From contig CAWBDR010000005.1 in NCBI GenBank assembly GCA_963787585.1, positions 9,092 to 73,091 of the forward strand: a stretch of 64,000 nt of DNA, read 5' to 3'. Below, in pieces: positions 61,263-64,000 of this stretch (position 1 is the first letter of the stretch; every line of letters begins with the position of its first letter). The stretch comes from an uncultured Acidobacteriaceae bacterium. Its GTDB lineage: Bacteria; Acidobacteriota; Terriglobia; Bryobacterales; Bryobacteraceae. The notes beneath the pieces are model-generated. The model worked only from the letters and a program-made list of their open reading frames with translations. It was not told the DNA's origin and did not search any database. The position numbers and the translations under genes were made by a program.

Positions 61263-64000
61263 GTGCCGCGCAACTGTAGAAACCGGCTCGCTGGCAAATG
61301 TTGGGGGCCGTGGCGCGCCGCCGCTGTGTTTGCGGCCCTATTCGTGTATTCCAGTCCGCGTTCTCTACTCGCACAGCTCACGACTGGCACCGTGGACGGA
61401 ATCGTGCAAGACAGCGCAGGCCATCCGCAGGCCGGGGTGGTAATAACGTGGATCGGGAGTTTTTCAGCCTCCCGCTGGTCGACCCGATCGGGCCTTCGCG
61501 GCGAGTTTCAGCTCATCTTGCCGCACGGCGATTATGAACTCCAGCCAGAGTTCAAAACAGGTCCTGGACCCTCCATCGAAGTTCACGTTTTCGCCAGGCA
61601 GGTCAGTCACGTGTCTCTCACTCTCACCAGTGATTTGCGGTGGATAGCTTGGACGACATCCGCAGAGACATGGCTGCTCCCATCCCCCCGCTTCGCCGAG
61701 TCGTGTAGCTTTGCAGGAACACTGTTCAACCAAGAGCCGTCAACGGTTACCGAGCCGCTTGACTTTACCGGAACCCAAAACACAAGAATTCCGCTTGCCT
61801 CTCAGCGCAGCTTCTCCTGGACAGCAATGGCGTTCAGTCTGGAAGGGATGAACGCAACGGATCCCTACCAACCCGGACGCCCGATCGTGTTTCCGGACAT
61901 CCAGGCGCTCGATGAAATGACCGTTGAGAGTTCGGCAAGTTCGAAGGCGCCTGGGACAGGTTTGTTTCTAATAACGGCAGGCAGGGGCTGGCATGGCGAA
62001 CTCGCTTCTTCCGGCACCGGGGCGGTCCTGGCATCGAGCAATCTCCCGATTCCCGCGCATCGCGGGACCTTGCAGCAGCCGCAACAATATAACTGGTTCA
62101 CACGCGATCACGTAGCTGTTGGCGGTCCGCTCGGGGCCCGTGCTGACGTGTACTTGTCCGGCACGGGCCAGTGGGCCTCGGAAACGGTCGCCGTCGCTCC
62201 CCCGGGTCAGAATCAAAACAGCCGTCTACTCTTCGGTAGCGCGGGTGGCCGTTATGGAATCACAGCCAAGGATCAGGCTGATTTCCTCCTCACCGGTTCC
62301 CGCATCAATCTTTCTGATTGGGGTGAGCCGGTTGGTTTGGAAGCACTCACCGGCTGGCGCATGATGCCGACGTATAAAAGCCCTTACGGTTTCAGCGGAC
62401 TTGCCGAAAAGGACGATTTTAATTTCATCCAGGCTGGGTGGACAAGGCAACTTCCCGAGAGCTTCCGCTCCGGCGTGTTGCAGGTCAGATACAGCGCGTC
62501 AATTGCTCACCTGGATACGAAATCTTCAACGAGCGACGGCCAGAGCCGGACAGAGCTGCTGGACGGGACGGTCACTGGAATGCCGCCGCTGGCCAACTTC
62601 GCGGTCCGTCAGCGCCAGTCTGTTCGCGCTGTTCTGCAACCGGGCGATATGCGGCTTGGTTGGGCAACTCATCGTGTCGTCATCGGAGGAGGTTGGGAAC
62701 GATCGAATGCTACAAACCGTTTCACAGCTCCTTCCGATATGGATCTTATTACCGCTGCAGGCGTGCCCGCCTACGCTGTCGAACTGAATACTCCGACCGA
62801 TAGTAAAGGTCGAATCCACGCCTTTTCGATTTTTGTGCGCGATCAGATCAGGCTAGCGCCTCGGTTTTTGATCGACCTCGGCGTAATCGGCGAATTATCG
62901 AGAGGTTCTCTGCCCTCGCAAACGAGTTCGGCGGGGACATTCGCCCCGGCTCGAGACTTCCCTGCACGAGCCGACATCATTGCTTGGAACACTGTCTCGC
63001 CGCATGCTGGTTTCACGCTCGCAGTACCAGGTTTCGAGCGGCTCTCAGTGGGCGGGACATACAGCAGATTCTATGCACCTTTCGCAGCTCGCTACCTGGA
63101 TTTCGCAAATCCGAATAGTCTGAGCGGCCTCGTGTTCAGTTGGAATGACATCAACCGCGACGGCATCTTCCAACCGGGCGAGTTAGGCTCGTTACTGCGC
63201 CGTTTTGGGGGCGCCTATTCGGGTGTTTCTCCCTCGCTGCATTCACCCTATTCCGACGAGTTCGACGTATACGGAGCAGCCTCGCTCAACTCACAGGCCT
63301 CGGCTCGCATTCAACTCTTTCGCCGGGATGATAGAGACCGCATCGTGGCGATGGACACCGGCATACCCGCGCAGGCATATCGGCCAATCCACATTCTGGA
63401 CCCAGGTCCGGATGGAATTCCCGGCACCTTTGACGACCGTCCGCTAACCGTTTACCAACAGGATTCTTCTACCTTCGGTGGGGACCAATTTCTGCTCGAG
63501 AATCAGCCTGATCTTCGCATGCTGTATGAAGGGTTCACCGCCGAACTTTTCACGCGATATAAGCAGCTAGATTTTCATGCCTCGTTCACAGCCGAGAAGT
63601 CGTTTGGGCCGACCAATCCCGGCAATGGACCGATCGAGAATGATCCGGGCATCGGGGGAGCACTGTACCAGGATCCGAACACACTGATCAATGCAACAGG
63701 ACACGATTTTTTCGACCGCTCCTTTGTAGGCAAGATCCAAATGATCTACCATCTGCCGTCGAAAATCGGAGGTATCGAGCTCCTCAGTTCGGCAGGGTAC
63801 CTTGACGGTCTGCCATTCGCAAGAGAGCTGCTGGTAACAGGACTGGCCCAAGGGCCGATGGTCGTGGCCGCTACAATTCGGGGCAGTCCCGAAGGTGGTA
63901 ATCGTGCGGAATATGCACTCAACTGGAATTTGCGCTTAGCCCGAAGCTTTGCAATTGCTCGTGGGCAGGTACGCTTTTCCGCAGATCTTCTGAATGTCAC
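61263..64000 (+). CDS. CarboxypepD_reg-like + TonB-dependent-receptor-like outer-membrane protein, 5' 912 codons; runs off the right edge
   Basis: Absent from the ORF track because it has no stop in the window. My translation from GTG 61263 reads ..WRAAAVFAALFVYSSPRSLLAQ / LTTGTVDGIVQDSAGHPQAGVVITW...FSLEGMNATDPYQPGRPIVFPDIQALDEMTVES... The frame stays open to base 64000. TTG 61254 is an alternative start. An in-frame TAA at 61236-38 bounds it. Confidence 0.75.
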   Translation, partial: MPRNCRNRLAGKCWGPWRAAAVFAALFVYSSPRSLLAQLTTGTVDGIVQDSAGHPQAGVVITWIGSFSASRWSTRSGLRGEFQLILPHGDYELQPEFKTGPGPSIEVHVFARQVSHVSLTLTSDLRWIAWTTSAETWLLPSPRFAESCSFAGTLFNQEPSTVTEPLDFTGTQNTRIPLASQRSFSWTAMAFSLEGMNATDPYQPGRPIVFPDIQALDEMTVESSASSKAPGTGLFLITAGRGWHGELASSGTGAVLASSNLPIPAHRGTLQQPQQYNWFTRDHVAVGGPLGARADVYLSGTGQWASETVAVAPPGQNQNSRLLFGSAGGRYGITAKDQADFLLTGSRINLSDWGEPVGLEALTGWRMMPTYKSPYGFSGLAEKDDFNFIQAGWTRQLPESFRSGVLQVRYSASIAHLDTKSSTSDGQSRTELLDGTVTGMPPLANFAVRQRQSVRAVLQPGDMRLGWATHRVVIGGGWERSNATNRFTAPSDMDLITAAGVPAYAVELNTPTDSKGRIHAFSIFVRDQIRLAPRFLIDLGVIGELSRGSLPSQTSSAGTFAPARDFPARADIIAWNTVSPHAGFTLAVPGFERLSVGGTYSRFYAPFAARYLDFANPNSLSGLVFSWNDINRDGIFQPGELGSLLRRFGGAYSGVSPSLHSPYSDEFDVYGAASLNSQASARIQLFRRDDRDRIVAMDTGIPAQAYRPIHILDPGPDGIPGTFDDRPLTVYQQDSSTFGGDQFLLENQPDLRMLYEGFTAELFTRYKQLDFHASFTAEKSFGPTNPGNGPIENDPGIGGALYQDPNTLINATGHDFFDRSFVGKIQMIYHLPSKIGGIELLSSAGYLDGLPFARELLVTGLAQGPMVVAATIRGSPEGGNRAEYALNWNLRLARSFAIARGQVRFSADLLNV

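Noticed and set aside
1-64000. CRISPR arrays, rRNA genes, IS elements/transposases, integrases, and long direct or tandem DNA repeats.
   Set aside because: None was recognised on reading the window. The repetitive-looking protein segments (rne insert, mreC tail) are low-complexity coding sequence, not DNA repeats. This was a by-eye scan, so short dispersed repeats could have been missed.

Overview
Chromosomal window from a moderately GC-rich Gram-negative bacterium. The gene content suggests Acidobacteriota: CarboxypepD_reg/TonB-like outer-membrane protein, HisKA_2 kinases, Tat-exported glycosidases and a Tat-less [NiFe]-hydrogenase. That assignment is inference only. Region 1-4.0 kb is a decayed or foreign patch. 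It holds a DNA amino-methyltransferase cut by the window edge, a small wHTH gene, an MFS-transporter 3' remnant, a frameshifted O-methyltransferase, about 0.8 kb with no credible gene, and the 3' half of a tRNA-Arg(CCG). Region 4.2-13.3 kb carries secreted glycosidases, a quinone reductase and a five-gene two-component cluster. Region 13.3-27.7 kb is the main feature, a complete Hhy-type (group 1h) [NiFe]-hydrogenase locus. Its maturation operon is on the minus strand (unknown, protease fusion, hypC-D-E, tandem SIS, glutaredoxin-like, hypF-A-B). Diverging from it on the plus strand are hhyS-hhyL and five translationally coupled ORFs of unknown function. Region 28-39 kb carries membrane and phosphate-acquisition genes, an unusual HAD-phosphatase::HerA-like ATPase fusion, and a frameshifted rsmE. 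Region 39.3-45.3 kb is mreB-mreC-mreD-mrdA-rodA. After that come an RNase E/G with a ~370-aa insert inside its S1 domain, a phospholipase-B-like Ntn hydrolase, flgM/fliA, an ECF sigma/anti-sigma/PDZ operon, rpsA, an NtrC-type two-component pair, a DUF1080 protein, and a TonB-like OMP running off the right edge. I saw no rRNA, complete tRNA, CRISPR array, transposase or integrase. All family names come from motif recognition by eye, and no database search was run.
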